From assembly GCF_006345805.1 (NCBI RefSeq), contig NW_021836881.1, positions 1 to 36,740 of the forward strand: 36,740 bases of DNA, written 5' to 3'. Source of the DNA: Octopus sinensis. Taxonomy: Eukaryota. Made by a program: the position numbers and the translations under genes. The notes below the pieces were generated by a model. The model was not told the origin of the DNA. It saw only the letters and a program-made list of their open reading frames with translations, and did no database searches. Positions 10,667 through 24,700 of the stretch are shown here, in pieces. Position 1 is the first letter of the stretch; every line of letters starts with the position of its first letter.

Positions 10667-10841
10667 CAGAAGAACAGAAAAGGGTTTTTCGTTGTCTTCA
10701 CGGAGATTTTGATGTGAGTAAATATATTTTCACTCTAAATATTGATTTGTGTAGCATAACAAGTAAGATATACACACCTATCTATCGATCGATCGTACGT
10801 GCCGGATCTCTTACCTGGCTTCCAGAAATCCGGCAATACTT
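10667..10841 (+). repeat. Right arm of inverted duplication; contains candidate donor GAT|GTGAGT at 10714 (plus), candidate first exon of ZNF C ~10635-10713
   Basis: Inverted match to 9336-9510, preceded by ACTTCCG (ETS-like) at 10634-10640. The donor faces the acceptor at 11324. Confidence 0.85.
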
Positions 10842-10927
10842 ATACCGTGTATTGAGTATTCGGTTCCGCCCTTCCCGTCTCGGAATTTCTCCGTCGTGGC
10901 AGGGAGTTTTCCGATATTTTTTTCTTT

Positions 10928-10929
<2 letters not shown>

Positions 10930-10964
<35 letters not shown>
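10930..10964 (+). repeat. (ATT)n microsatellite
   Basis: About 11 perfect ATT units. Confidence 0.95.
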
Positions 10965-10965
<1 letters not shown>

Positions 10966-11302
10966 TTTTTCGTTTCTTACACACAGTCCTATTCCACCAG
11001 TTTTCCCCTTTTCCTAACCAATTTCGGTCCATTTTCTGGGCATGATGCACTTGGAAAAAAGTAGGAGAAACCTTTTTGGTAAAAAAAGAATTAAAAGTAG
11101 ATATTTTCAGAAGTAAAGGTGTGTGATTTAATGGTGATTTGGCTGTTATGTCTAGCATATCCCATAACCACATTCCCCGATTCTTTCTCACTCAGGCAAG
11201 TTTACAGATTTTTAGATTCCACCCAATGTTATTTGATGTCATTTGTTAATCAATGTAGAAATGTTGTAACACTTCCAATTTGATCTCTCCTCTCTATCTA
11301 AA

Positions 11303-11324
11303 TACTGTTTCTTTATTATTTCAG
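11303..11324 (+). promoter_or_regulatory. Splice acceptor upstream of ZNF C coding exon
   Basis: actgtttctttattatttcAG|attcacagatgacattggc, essentially identical to the acceptor before ZNF A. Confidence 0.7.
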
Positions 11325-11742
11325 ATTCACAGATGACATTGGCACAAAACGACTTTTGTACATTGGATACATCTGGAATATTTACCATGTTTTCTTGAAG
11401 ACGAAATGAAAACGTTTTAGAGAACAGATATAATAACCCAACTGCTATAAATCCAAGATTGAATTACTGTGAAATATTTGCCCTGAGCAACAATTCATAG
11501 CAACATTTCTCCATCTCCTTACCTGGTGCTTTTGCATTCTAATTAAACTTGAATATATTTACAAAGGAGTTTGCAGCCTCTTTAGATATCAATAAAAGAG
11601 CAGTGGAAATACTTCTAAGAAATAAACTATAACAAGAAGAAGAAGAAGGAAATTACATGCTGAGGTGAGAGAAGAAAGATAAGGGGAAAATTTAATACTG
11701 TGAGAAACTTTAACGGTTGGGTCTATTTTGTCTCTTGGAGAA

Positions 11743-12595
<853 letters not shown>

Positions 12596-12773
12596 GACAA
12601 GGAAATCTTGTTCCTTACACTATCAACAAGAAGCACAAGTTTGCGGATAAACCATTTCTCGAATCTAGGAAGTGTTTCATGAAAAAGTATCAAACTAGGG
12701 GCCTTACCCAGGAAGAGAAGCTGGATATTCTGTGTGTAGAAGTGAAATTTTATCATAGATATGTGGTGCTGCA

Positions 12774-15700
12774 CAGTAATAAGAGACCCGGGTGAATGAA
12801 GAAGAATGCAAATGCCATGAATTGTATTATGAATGCCCTCGATTGATGCAAGAAGCTCTGCAATGACATCTGGACCCAATTTGTTGAGACTGGAGAAGTT
12901 TCAGAGCAGAAGTTGACTGGAAATGGAAATCCAAAATCTTCAGTAATAAGAGACCCGGGTGAATGAAGAAGAATGCAAATGCCATGAATTGTATTATGAA
13001 TGCCCTCGATTGATGCAAGAAGCTCTGCAATGACATCTGGACCCATTTGTTGAGACTGGAGAAGTTTCAGAGCAGAAGTTGACTGGAAATGGAAATCCAA
13101 AATCTTCAGTAATAAGAGACCGGGTGAATGAAGAAGAATGCAAATGCCATGAATTGTATTATGAATGCCCTCAATTGATGCAAGAAGCTCTGCAATGACA
13201 TCTGGACCCAATTTGTTGAGACTGGAGAAGTTTCAGAGCAGAAGTTGACTGGAAATGGAAATCCAAAATCTTCAGTAATAAGAGACCCGGGTGAATGAAG
13301 AAGAATGCAAATGCCATGAATTGTATTATGAATGCCCTCGATTGATGCAAGAAGCTCTGCAATGACATCTGGACCCAATTTGTTGAGACTGGAGAAGTTT
13401 CAGAGCAGAAGTTGACTGGAAATGGAAATCCAAAATCTTCAGTAATAAGAGACCCGGATGAATGAAGAAGAATGCAAATGCCATGAATTTTATTATAATG
13501 CCCTCAATTGATGTAAGAAGCTCTGCAATGACATCTGACCCAATTTGTTGTGAGTGGAAGAAGTTTCAGAGCAGGAAGTGACTGGAAATGGAAATCCAAA
13601 ATCGTTCAGTAATAAGAGACCGGGTGATGAAGAAGAATGCAAATGCCATGAATTGTATATGATGCCATCGATTGATGCAAGAAGCTCTGCAATGACATCT
13701 GGACCCAATTTGTTGAGACTGGAGAAGTTTCAAGCAGAAGTTGACTGGAAATGGAAATCCAAAATCTTCAGTAATAAGAGACCCGGGTGAATGAAGAAGA
13801 ATGCACTGCCATGAATTGTATTATGAATGCCCTCGATTGATGCAAGAAGCTCTGCAAGACATCTGGACCCAATTTGTTGAGACTGGAGAAGTTTCAGAGC
13901 AAAGTTGACTGGAATGGAAATCCAAAATCTTCAGTAATAAGAGACCCGGTGAATGAAGAAGAATGCAAATGCCATGAATTGTATATGAATGCCCCGATGA
14001 TGCAAGAAGCTCTGCAATGACATCTGGACCCAATTTGTTGAGACTGGAGAAGTTTCAGAGCAGAAGTTGACTGGAAATGGAAATCAAAACCTTCAGTAAT
14101 AAGAGACCCGGGTGAATGAAGAAGAATGCAAATGCCATGAATTGTATTATGAATGCCCCAATTGATGCAAGAAGCTCTGCAATGACATCTGGACCCAATT
14201 TGTTGAGACTGGAGAAGTTTCAGAGCAGAAGTTGACTGGAAATGGAAATCCAAAATCTTCAGTAATAAGAGACCCGGGTGAATGAAAAGAATGCAAATGC
14301 CATGAATTGTATTATGATGAATGCCCTCGATTGATGCAAGAAGCTCTGCAATGACATTGGACCCAATTTGTTGAGACTGGAGAATTTTCAGAGCAGAAGT
14401 TGACTGGAAATGGAAATCCAAAATCTTCAGTAATAAGAGACCCGGGTGAATGAAGAAGAATGCAAATGCCATGAATTGTAATTATGAATGCCCTCAATTG
14501 ATGTAAGAAGCTCTGCAATGACATCTGGACCCAATTTGTTGAGACTGGAGAGTTTCAGAGCAGAAGTTGACTGGAAATGGAAATCCAATCTTCAGTAATA
14601 AGAGACCCGGGTGAATGAAGAAGAATGCAAATGCCATGAATTGGTATTATGAATGCCCTCGATGATGCAAGAAGCTCTGCAATGACATCTGGACCCAATT
14701 TGTTGAGACTGGAGAAGTTTCAGAGCAGAAGTTGACTGGAATGAAATCCAAATCTTCAGTAATAAGAGACCCGGGTGAATGAAGAAGAGATGCAATGCCA
14801 TGATTGTATTATGAATGCCCTCGATTGATGTAAGAAGCTCTGCAATGACATCTGGCCCCAATTTGTTGAGACTGGAGAAGTTTCAGAGCAGAGTTGACTG
14901 GAAATGGAAATCCAAAATCTTCAGTAATAAGACCCGGGTGAATGAAGAAGAATGCAAATGCCATGAATTGTATTATGAATGCCCTCAATTGATGTAAGAA
15001 GCTCTGCAATGACATCTGGCCCCAATTTGTTGAGACTGGAGAAGTTTCAGAGCAGAAGTTGACTGGAAATGGAAATCCAAAATCTTCAGTAATAAGAGAC
15101 CCGGGTGAATGAAGAAGAATGCAAATGCCATGAATTGTATTATGAATGCCCTCAATTGATGTAGAAGCTCTGCAATGACATCTGGACCCAATTTGTTGAG
15201 ACTGGAGAAGTTTCAGAGCAGAAGTTGACTGGAAATGGAAATCCAAAATCTTCAGTAATAAGAGACCCGGGTGAATGAAGAAGAATGCAAATGCCATGAA
15301 TTGTATTATGAATGCCCTCGATTGATGCAAGAGAGTCTCTGCAATGACATCTGGACCCAATTTGTTGAGACTGGAGAAGTTTCAGAGCAGAAGTTGACTG
15401 GAAATGGAAATCCAAAATCTTCAGTAATAAGAGACCCGGTGAATGAAGAAGTGCAATGCCATGAATTGTATTATGAATGCCCTCGATTGATGTAAGAAGC
15501 TCTGCAATGACATCTGGACCCAATTTGTTGAGACTGGAGAAGTTTCAGAGCAGAAGTTGACTGGAAATGGAATCCAAATCTTCAGTAATAAGAGACCCGG
15601 GTGAATGAAGAAGAATGCAAATGCCATGATTGTATTATGAATGCCTCGATTGATGCAATAAGCTCTGCAATGACATCTGGACCCAATTTGTTGAGACTGG

Positions 15701-18700
15701 AGAAGTTTCAGAGCAGAAGTTGACTGGAAATGGAAATCCAAAATTCAGTAATAATAAGAGACCCGGGTGAATGAAGAAGAATGCAAATGCCATGAATTGT
15801 ATTATGAATGCCCTCGATTGATGCAAGAAGCTCTGCATGACATCTGGCCCAATTTGTTGAGACTGGAGAAGTTTCAGAGCAGAGTTGACTGGAATGGAAA
15901 TCCAAAATTCAGTAATAAGAGACCCGGGTGAATGAAGAGAATTCAAATGCCATGAATTGTATTATGAATGCCCTCGATTGATGCAAGAAGCTCTGCAATG
16001 ACATCTGGACCCAATTTGTTGAGACTGGAGAGTTTCAGAGCAGAAGTTGACTGGAAATGGAAATCCAAAATCTTCAGTAATAAGAGACCCGGGTGAATGA
16101 AGAAGAATGCAAATGCCATGATTGTATTATGAATGCCCTCGATGATGCAAGAAGCTCTGCAATGACATCTGGACCCAATTTGTTGAGACTGGAGAAGTTT
16201 CAGAGCAGAAGTTGACTGGAAATGGAAATCCAAAATCTCTTCAGTAATAAGAGACCCGGATGAATGAAGAAGAATGCAAATGCCATAATTGTATTATGAA
16301 TGCCCTCGATTGATGTAAGAAGCTCTGCAATGACATCTGGACCCAATTGTTGAGACTGGAGAAGTTTCAGAGCAGAAGTTGACTGGAAATGAATCCAAAA
16401 TCTTCAGTAATAAGAGACCCGGGTGAATGAAGAAGAATGCAAATGCCATGAATTGTATTATGAATGCCCTCAATTGATGTAAGAAGCTCTGCAATGACAT
16501 CTGGACACCAATTTGTTGAGACTGGAGAAGTTTCAGAGCAGCAGTTGACTGGAAATGGAAATCCAAAATCTTCTTAATAAGAGAACCCGGGTGAATGAAG
16601 AAATGCAAATGCCAGAATTGTATTATGAATGCCTCCGAATGATGCAAGAAGCTCTGCAATGACATCTGGACCCAATTTGTTGAGACTGGAGAAGTTTCAG
16701 AGCAGAAGTTGACTGGAAATGGAAATCCAAAATCTTCAGTAATAAGAGACCCGGGAATGAAGAAGAATGCAAATGCCATGAATTGTATTATGAATGCCCT
16801 CGATTGATGCAAGAAGCTCTGCAATGACATCTGGACCCAATTTGTTGAGACTGGAGAAGTTTCAGAGCAGAAGTTGACTGGAAATGGAAATCCAAAATCT
16901 TCAGTAATAAGAGACCCGGGTGAATGAAGAAGAATGCAAATGCCATGAATTGTATTATGAATGCCCTCAATTGATGTAAGAAGCTCTGCAATGACATCTG
17001 GACCCAATTTGTTGAGACTGGAGAAGTTTCAGAGCAGAAGTTGACTGGAAATGGAAATCCAAAATCTTCAGTAATAAGAGACCCGGGTGAATGAAGAAGA
17101 ATGCAAATGCCATGAATTGTATTATGAATGCCCTCGATTGATGCAAGAAGCTCTGCAATGACATCTGGACCCAATTTGTTGAGACTGGAGAAGTTTCAGA
17201 GCAGAAGTTGACTGGAAATGGAAATCCAAAATCTTCAGTAATAAGAGACCCGGGTGAATGAAGAAGAATGCAAATGCCATGAATTGTATTATGAATGCCC
17301 TCGATTGATGTAAGAAGCTCTGCAATGACATCTGGACCCAATTTGTTGAGACTGGAGAAGTTTCAGAGCAGAAGTTGACTGGAAATGGAAATCCAAAATC
17401 TTCAGTAATAGAGACCGGGTGAATGAAGAAGAATGCAAATGCCATGAATTGTATTATGAATGCCCTCAATTGATGTAAGAAGCTCTGCAATGACATCTGG
17501 ACCCAATTTGTTGAGACTGGAGAAGTTTCAGAGCAGAAGTTGACTGGAAATGGAAATCCAAAATCTTCAGTAATAAGAGACCGGGTGAATGAAGAAGAAT
17601 GCAAATGCCATGAATTGTATTATGAATGCCCTCAATTGATGTAAGAAGCTCTGCAATGACATCTGGACCCAATTTGTTGAGACTGGAGAAGTTTCAGAGC
17701 AGAAGTTGACTGGAAATGGAAATCCAAAATCTTCAGTAATAAGAGACCCGGGTGAATGAAGAAGAATGCAAATGCCATGAATTGTATTATGAATGCCCTC
17801 GATTGATGCAAGAAGCTCTGCAATGACATCTGGACCCAATTTGTTGAGACTGGAGAAGTTTCAGAGCAGAAGTTGACTGGAAATGGAAATCCAAAATCTT
17901 CAGTAATAAGAGACCCGGGTGAATGAAGAAGAATGCAAATGCCATGAATTGTATTATGAATGCCCTCGATTGATGTAAGAAGCTCTGCAATGACATCTGG
18001 ACCCAATTTGTTGAGACTGGAGAAGTTTCAGAGCAGAAGTTGACTGGAAATGGAAATCCAAAATCTTCAGTAATAAGAGACCCGGGTGAATGAAGAAATG
18101 CAAATGCCATGAATTGTATTATGAATGCCCTCGATTGATGCAAGAAGCTCTGCAATGACATCTGGACCCAATTTGTTGAGACTGGAGAAGTTTCAGAGCA
18201 GAAGTTGACTGGAAATGGAAATCCAAAATCTTCAGTAATAAGAGACCCGGGTGAATGAAGAAGAATGCAAATGCCATGAATTGTATTATGAATGCCCTCG
18301 ATTGATGCAAGAAGCTCTGCAATGACATCTGGACCCAATTGTTTTGAGACTGGAGAAGTTTCAGAGCAGAAGTTGACTGGAAATGGAAATCCAAAATCTT
18401 CAGTAATAAGAGACCCGGGTGAATGAAGAAGAATGCAAATGCCATGAATTGTATTATGAATGCCCTCGATTGATGCAAGAAGCTCTGCAATGACATCTGG
18501 ACCCAATTGTTGAGACTGGAGAAGTTTCAGAGCAGAAGTTGACTGGAAATGGAAATCCAAAATCTTCAGTAATAAGAGACCCGGGTGAATGAAGAAGAAT
18601 GCAAATGCCATGAATTGTATTATGAATGCCCTCGATTGATGCAAGAAGCTCTGCAATGACATCTGGACCCAATTTGTTGAGACTGGAGAAGTTTCAGAGC

Positions 18701-21700
18701 AGAAGTTGACTGGAAATGGAAATCCAAAATCTTCAGTAATAAGAGACCCGGATGAATGAAGAAGAATGCAAATGCCATGAATTGTATTATGAATGCCCTC
18801 GATTGATGTAAGAAGCTCTGCAATGACATCTGGACCCAATTTGTTGAGACTGGAGAAGTTTCAGAGCAGAAGTTGACTGGAAATGGAAATCCAAAATCTT
18901 CAGTAATAAGAGACCCGGGTGAATGAAGAAGAATGCAAATGCCATGAATTGTATTATGAATGCCCTCAATTGATGTAAGAAGCTCTGCAATGACATCTGG
19001 ACCCAATTTGTTGAGACTGGAGAAGTTTCAGAGCAGAAGTTGACTGGAAATGGAAATCCAAAATCTTCAGTAATAAGAGACCCGGGTGAATGAAGAAGAA
19101 TGCAAATGCCATGAATTGTATTATGAATGCCCTCAATTGATGTAAGAAGCTCTGCAATGACATCTGGACCCAATTTGTTGAGACTGGAGAAGTTTCAGAG
19201 CAGAAGTTGACTGGAAATGGAAATCCAAAATCTTCAGTAATAAGAGACCCGGGTGAATGAAGAAGAATGCAAATGCCATGAATTGTATTATGAATGCCCT
19301 CAATTGATGCAAGAAGCTCTGCAATGACATCTGGACCAATTTGTTGAGACTGGAGAAGTTTCAGAGCAGAAGTTGACTGGAAATGGAAATCCAAATCTTC
19401 AGTAATAAGAGACCCGGGTGAATGAAGAAGAATGCAAATGCCATGAATTGTATTATGAATGCCCTCAATTGATGCAAGAAGCTCTCTGCAATACATATCT
19501 GGACCCAATTGTTGAGACTGGAGAAGTTTCAGAGCAGAAGTTGACTGGAAATGGAAATCCAAAATCTTCAGTAATAAAGAACCCGGTGAATAAGAAGAAT
19601 GCAAATGCCATGAATTGTATTATGAATGCCCTCGTTGATGTAAGAAGCTCTGCAATGACATCTGGACCCAATTTGTTGAGACTGGAGAAGTTTCAGAGCA
19701 GAAGTTGACTGGAAATGGAAATCCAAAATCTTCAGTAATAAGAGACCCGGGTGAATGAAGAAGAATGCAAATGCCATGATTGTATTATGAATGCCCTCGA
19801 TTGATGCAAAAGCTCTGCAATGACATCTGGACCCAATTTGTGAGACTGGAGAAGTTTCAGAGCAGAAGTTGACTGGAATAGGAAATCCAAATCTTCAGTA
19901 ATAAGAGACCCGGGTGAATGAAGAAGAATGCAAATGCCATGAATTGTATTATGAATGCCCTCGATTGATGCAAGAAGCTCTGCAATGACATCTGGACCCA
20001 ATTTGTTGAGACTGGAGAAGTTTCAGAGCAGAAGTTGACTGGAAATGGAAATCCAAAATCTTCAGTAATAAGAGACCTGGGTGAATGAAGAAGAATGCAA
20101 ATGCCATGAATTGTATTATGAATGCCCTTGATTGATGCAAGAAGCTCTGCATGACATCTGGACCCAATTTATTGAGACTGGAGAAGTTTCAGAGCAGAAG
20201 TTGACTGGAAATGGAAATCCAAAATCTTCAGTAATAGAGAGCCCGGGTGAATGAAGAAGAATGCAAATGCCATGAATTGTATTATGAATGCCCTCGATTG
20301 ATGCAAGAAGCTCTGCAATGACATCTGGACCCAATTTGTTGAGACTGGAGAAGTTTCAGAGCAGAAGTTGACTGGAAATGGAAATCCAAAATCTTCAGTA
20401 ATAAGAGACCCGGGTGAATGAAGAAGAATGCAAATGCCATGAATTGTATTATGAATGCCCTCGATTGATGCAAGAAGCTCTGCAATGACATCTGGACCAA
20501 TTTGTTGAGACTGGAGAAGTTTCAGAGCAGAAGTTGACTGGAAATGGAATCCAAAATCTTCAGTAATAGAGACCCGGGTGAATGAAGAAGAATGCAAATG
20601 CCATGATTGTATTATGAATGCCCTCGATTGATGCAAGAAGCTCTGCAATGACATCTGGACCAATTTTTGAGACTGGAGAAGTTTCAGAGCAAAGTTGACT
20701 GAAATGGAAATCCAAAATCTTCAGTAATAAGAGACCCGGTTGAATGAAGAAGAATGCAAATGCCCTGAATTGTATTATGAATGCCCTCGATTGATGCAAG
20801 AAGCTCTGCAATGACATCTGGACCCAATTTGTTGAGACTGGAGAAGTTTCAGAGCAGAAGTTGACTGGAAATGGAAATCCAAAATCTTCAGTAATAAGAG
20901 ACCCGGTGAATGAAGAAGAATGCAAATGCCATGATTGTATTATGATGCCCTCGATTGATGCAAGAAGCTCTGCAATGACATCGGACCCAATTTGTTGAAC
21001 TGGAGAAGTTTCAGAGCAGAAGTTGACTGGAAATGGAAATCCAAATCTTCAGTAATAAGAGACCCGTGAATGAAGAAGAATGCAAATGCCATGAATTGTA
21101 TTATGAATGCCCTCGATTGATGCAAGAAGCTCTGCAATGACATCTGGACCCAATTTGTTGAGACTGGAGAAGTTTCAGAGCAGAAGTTGACTGGAAATGG
21201 AAATCCAAAATCTTCAGTAATAAGAGACACCCGGGTGAATGAAGAAGAATGCAATGCCATGAATTGTATTATGAATGCCCTCGATTGATGCAAGAAGCTC
21301 TGCAATGACATCTGGACCCAATTTGTTGAGACTGGAGAAGTTTCAGAGCAGAAGTTGACTGAAATAGAAATCCAAAATCTTCAGTAATAAGAGACCCGGG
21401 TGAATGAAGAAGAATGCAAATGCCATGAATTGTATTATGAATGCCCTCGATTGATGCAAGAAGCTCTGCAATGACATCTGGACCCATTTGTTGAGACTGG
21501 AGAAGTTTCTGAGCAGAAGTTGACTGGAAATGGAAATCCAAAATCTTCAGTAATAAGAGACCCGGGTGAATGAAGAAGAATGCAAATGCCATGAATTGTA
21601 TTATGAATGCCCTCGATTGATGTAAGAAGCTCTGCAATAACATCTGGACCCCATTTGTTGAGACTGGAGAAGTTTCAGAGCAGAAGTTGACTGGAAATGG

Positions 21701-24700
21701 AAATCCAAAATCTTCAGTAATAAGAGACCCGGGTAATGAAGAAGAATGCAAATGCCATGAATTGTATTATGAATGCCCTCGATTGATGCAAGAGCTCTGC
21801 AATGACATCTGGACCCAATTTGTTGAGACTGGAGAAGTTTCAGAGCAGAAGTTGACTGGAAATGGAAATCCAAATCTTCAGTAATAAGAGACCCGGGTGA
21901 ATGAAGAAGAATGCAAATGCCATGAATTGTATTATGAATGCCCTCGATTGATGCAAGAAGCTCTGCAATGACATCTGGACCCAATTGTTGATAGACTGGA
22001 GAAGTTTCAGAGCAGAAGTTGACTGGAAATGGAAATCCAAAATCTTCAGTAATAAGAGACCCGGTGAATGAAGAAGAATGCAAATGCCATGAATTGTATT
22101 ATGAATGCCCTCGATTGATGCAAGAAGCTCTGCAATGACATCTGGACCCAATTTATTGAGACAGGAGAAGTTTCAGAGCAGAAGTGACTGGAAATGGAAA
22201 TCCAAAATCTTCAGTAATAAGATACCCGGGTGAATGAAGAAGAATGCAAATGCCATGAATTGTATTATGAATGCCCTCGATTGATGCAAGAAGCTCTGCA
22301 ATGACATCTGGACCCATTTTTTGAGACTGGAAAGTTTCAGAGCAGAAGTTGACTGGAAATGGAAAACCAAAATCTTCAGTAATAAGAGACCCGGGTGAAT
22401 GAAGAAGATGCAAATGCCATGAATTGTTTATGAATGCCCTCGATTGATGCAAGAAGCTCTGCAATGACATCTGGACCCAATTTGTTGAGACTGGAGAAGT
22501 TTCAGAGCAGAAGTTGACTGGAAATGGAAATCCAAAATCTTCAGTAATAAGAGACCCGGGTGAATGAAGAAGAATGCAAATGCCATGAATTGTATTATGA
22601 ATGCCCTCGATTGATGCAAGAAGCTCTGCAATGACATCTGGACCCAATTTTTGAGACTGGAGAAGTTTCAGAGCAGAAGTTGACTGGAAATGGAAATCCA
22701 AAATCTTCAGTAATAAGAGACCCGGGTGAATGAAGAAGATGCAAATGCCATGAATTGTATTATGAATGCCCTCGATTGATGCAAGAAGCTCTGCAATGAC
22801 ATCTGGACCCAATTTGTTGAGACTGGAGAAGTTTCAGAGCAGAAGTTGACTGGAAATGGAAATCCAAAATCTTCAGTAATAAGAGACCCGGTGAATGAAG
22901 AGAATGCAAATGCCATGATTGTATTATGAATGCCTCGATTGATGCAAGAAGCTCGGCAATGACATCTGGACCCATTATTGAGACAGGAGAAGTTTCAGAG
23001 CAGAAGTTGACTGGAAATGGAAATCCAAAATCTTCAGTAATAAGAGACCCGGTGAATGAAGAAGAATGCAAATGCCATGAATTGTATTATGAATGCCCTC
23101 GATTGATGTAAGAAGCTCTGCAATGACATCTGGACCCATTTTGTTGAGACTGGAGAAGTTTCAGAGCAGAAGTTGACTGGAAATGGAAATCCAAATCTTC
23201 AGTATAAAGAGACCCGGGTGAATGAGAAGAATGCAAATGCCATGAATTGTATTATGAATGCCCTCATTGATGCAGAAGCTCTGCAAAGACATCTGGACCC
23301 ATTTTTTGAGACTGGAGAAGTTTCAGAGCAGAAGTTGACTGGAAATGGAAATCCAAAATCTTCAGTAATAAAGACCCGGGTGAATGAAGAAAATGCAATG
23401 CCATGAATTGTATTATGAATGCCCTCGATTGATGTAAGAAGCTCTGCAATGACATCTGGACCCAATTTGTTGAGACTGGAGAAGTTTCAGAGCAGAAGTT
23501 GACTGGAAATGGAAATCCAAATCTTCAGTAATAAGAGACCCGGGTGAATGAAGAAGAATGCAAATGCCATGAATCGTATTATGAATGCCCTCGATTGATG
23601 CAAGAAGCTCTGCAATGACATCTGGACCCAATTTGTTGAGACTGGAGAAGTTTCAGAGCAGAAGTTGACTGGAAATGGAAATCCAAAATCTTCAGTAATA
23701 AGAGACCCAGGTGAATGAAGAAGAATGCAAATGCCATGAATTGTATTATGAATGCCCTCGATTGATGCAAGAAGCTCTGCAATGACATCTGGACCCAATT
23801 TGTTGAGACTGGAGAAGTTTCAGAGCAGAAGTTGACTGGAAATGGAAATCCAAAATCTTCAGTAATAAGAGACCCGGGTGAATGAAGAAGAATGCAAATG
23901 CCATGAATTGTATTATGAATGCCCTCGATTGATGCAAGAAGCTCTGCAATGACATCTGGACCCAATTTGTTGAGACTGGAGAAGTTTCAGAGCAGAAGTT
24001 GACTGGAAATGGAAATCCAAATCTTCAGTAATAAGAGACCCGGGTGAATGAAAGAATGCAAATGCCATGAATTGTATTATGATGCCCTCGATTGATGCAA
24101 GAAGCTCTGCAATGACATCTGGACCCAATTTGTTGAGACTGGAGAAGTTTCAGAGCAGAAGTTGACTGGAAATGGAAATCCAAAATCTTCAGTAATAAGA
24201 GACCCGGGTGAATGAAGAAGAATGCAAATGCCATGAATTGTATTATGAATGCCCTCGATTGATGCAAGAAGCTCTGCAATGACATCTGGACCCAATTTGT
24301 TGAGACTGGAGAAGTTTCAGAGCAGAAGTTGACTGGAAATGGAAATCCAATCTTCAGTAATAAGAGACCCGGGAATGAAGAAGAATGCAAATGCCATGAA
24401 TTGTATTATGAATGCCCTCGATTGATGCAAGAAGCTCTGCAATGACATCTGGACCCAATTTGTTGAGACTGGAGAAGTTTCAGAGCAGAAGTTGACTGGA
24501 AATGGAAATCAAAATCTTCAGTAATAAGAGACCCGGGTGAATGAAGAAGAATGCAAATGCCATGAATTGTATTATGAATGCCCTCGATTGATGCAAGAAG
24601 CTCTGCAATGACATCTGGACCCAATTTGTTGAGACTGGAGATGTTTCAGAGCAGAAGTTGACTGGAAATGGAAATCCAAAATCTTCAGTAATAAGAGACC

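Noticed and set aside
13400-24500. Numerous single-base indels among monomers as biological divergence
   Set aside because: They are mostly sporadic deletions in homopolymers or short repeats that are not shared between the duplicated blocks, typical of unpolished long-read error.
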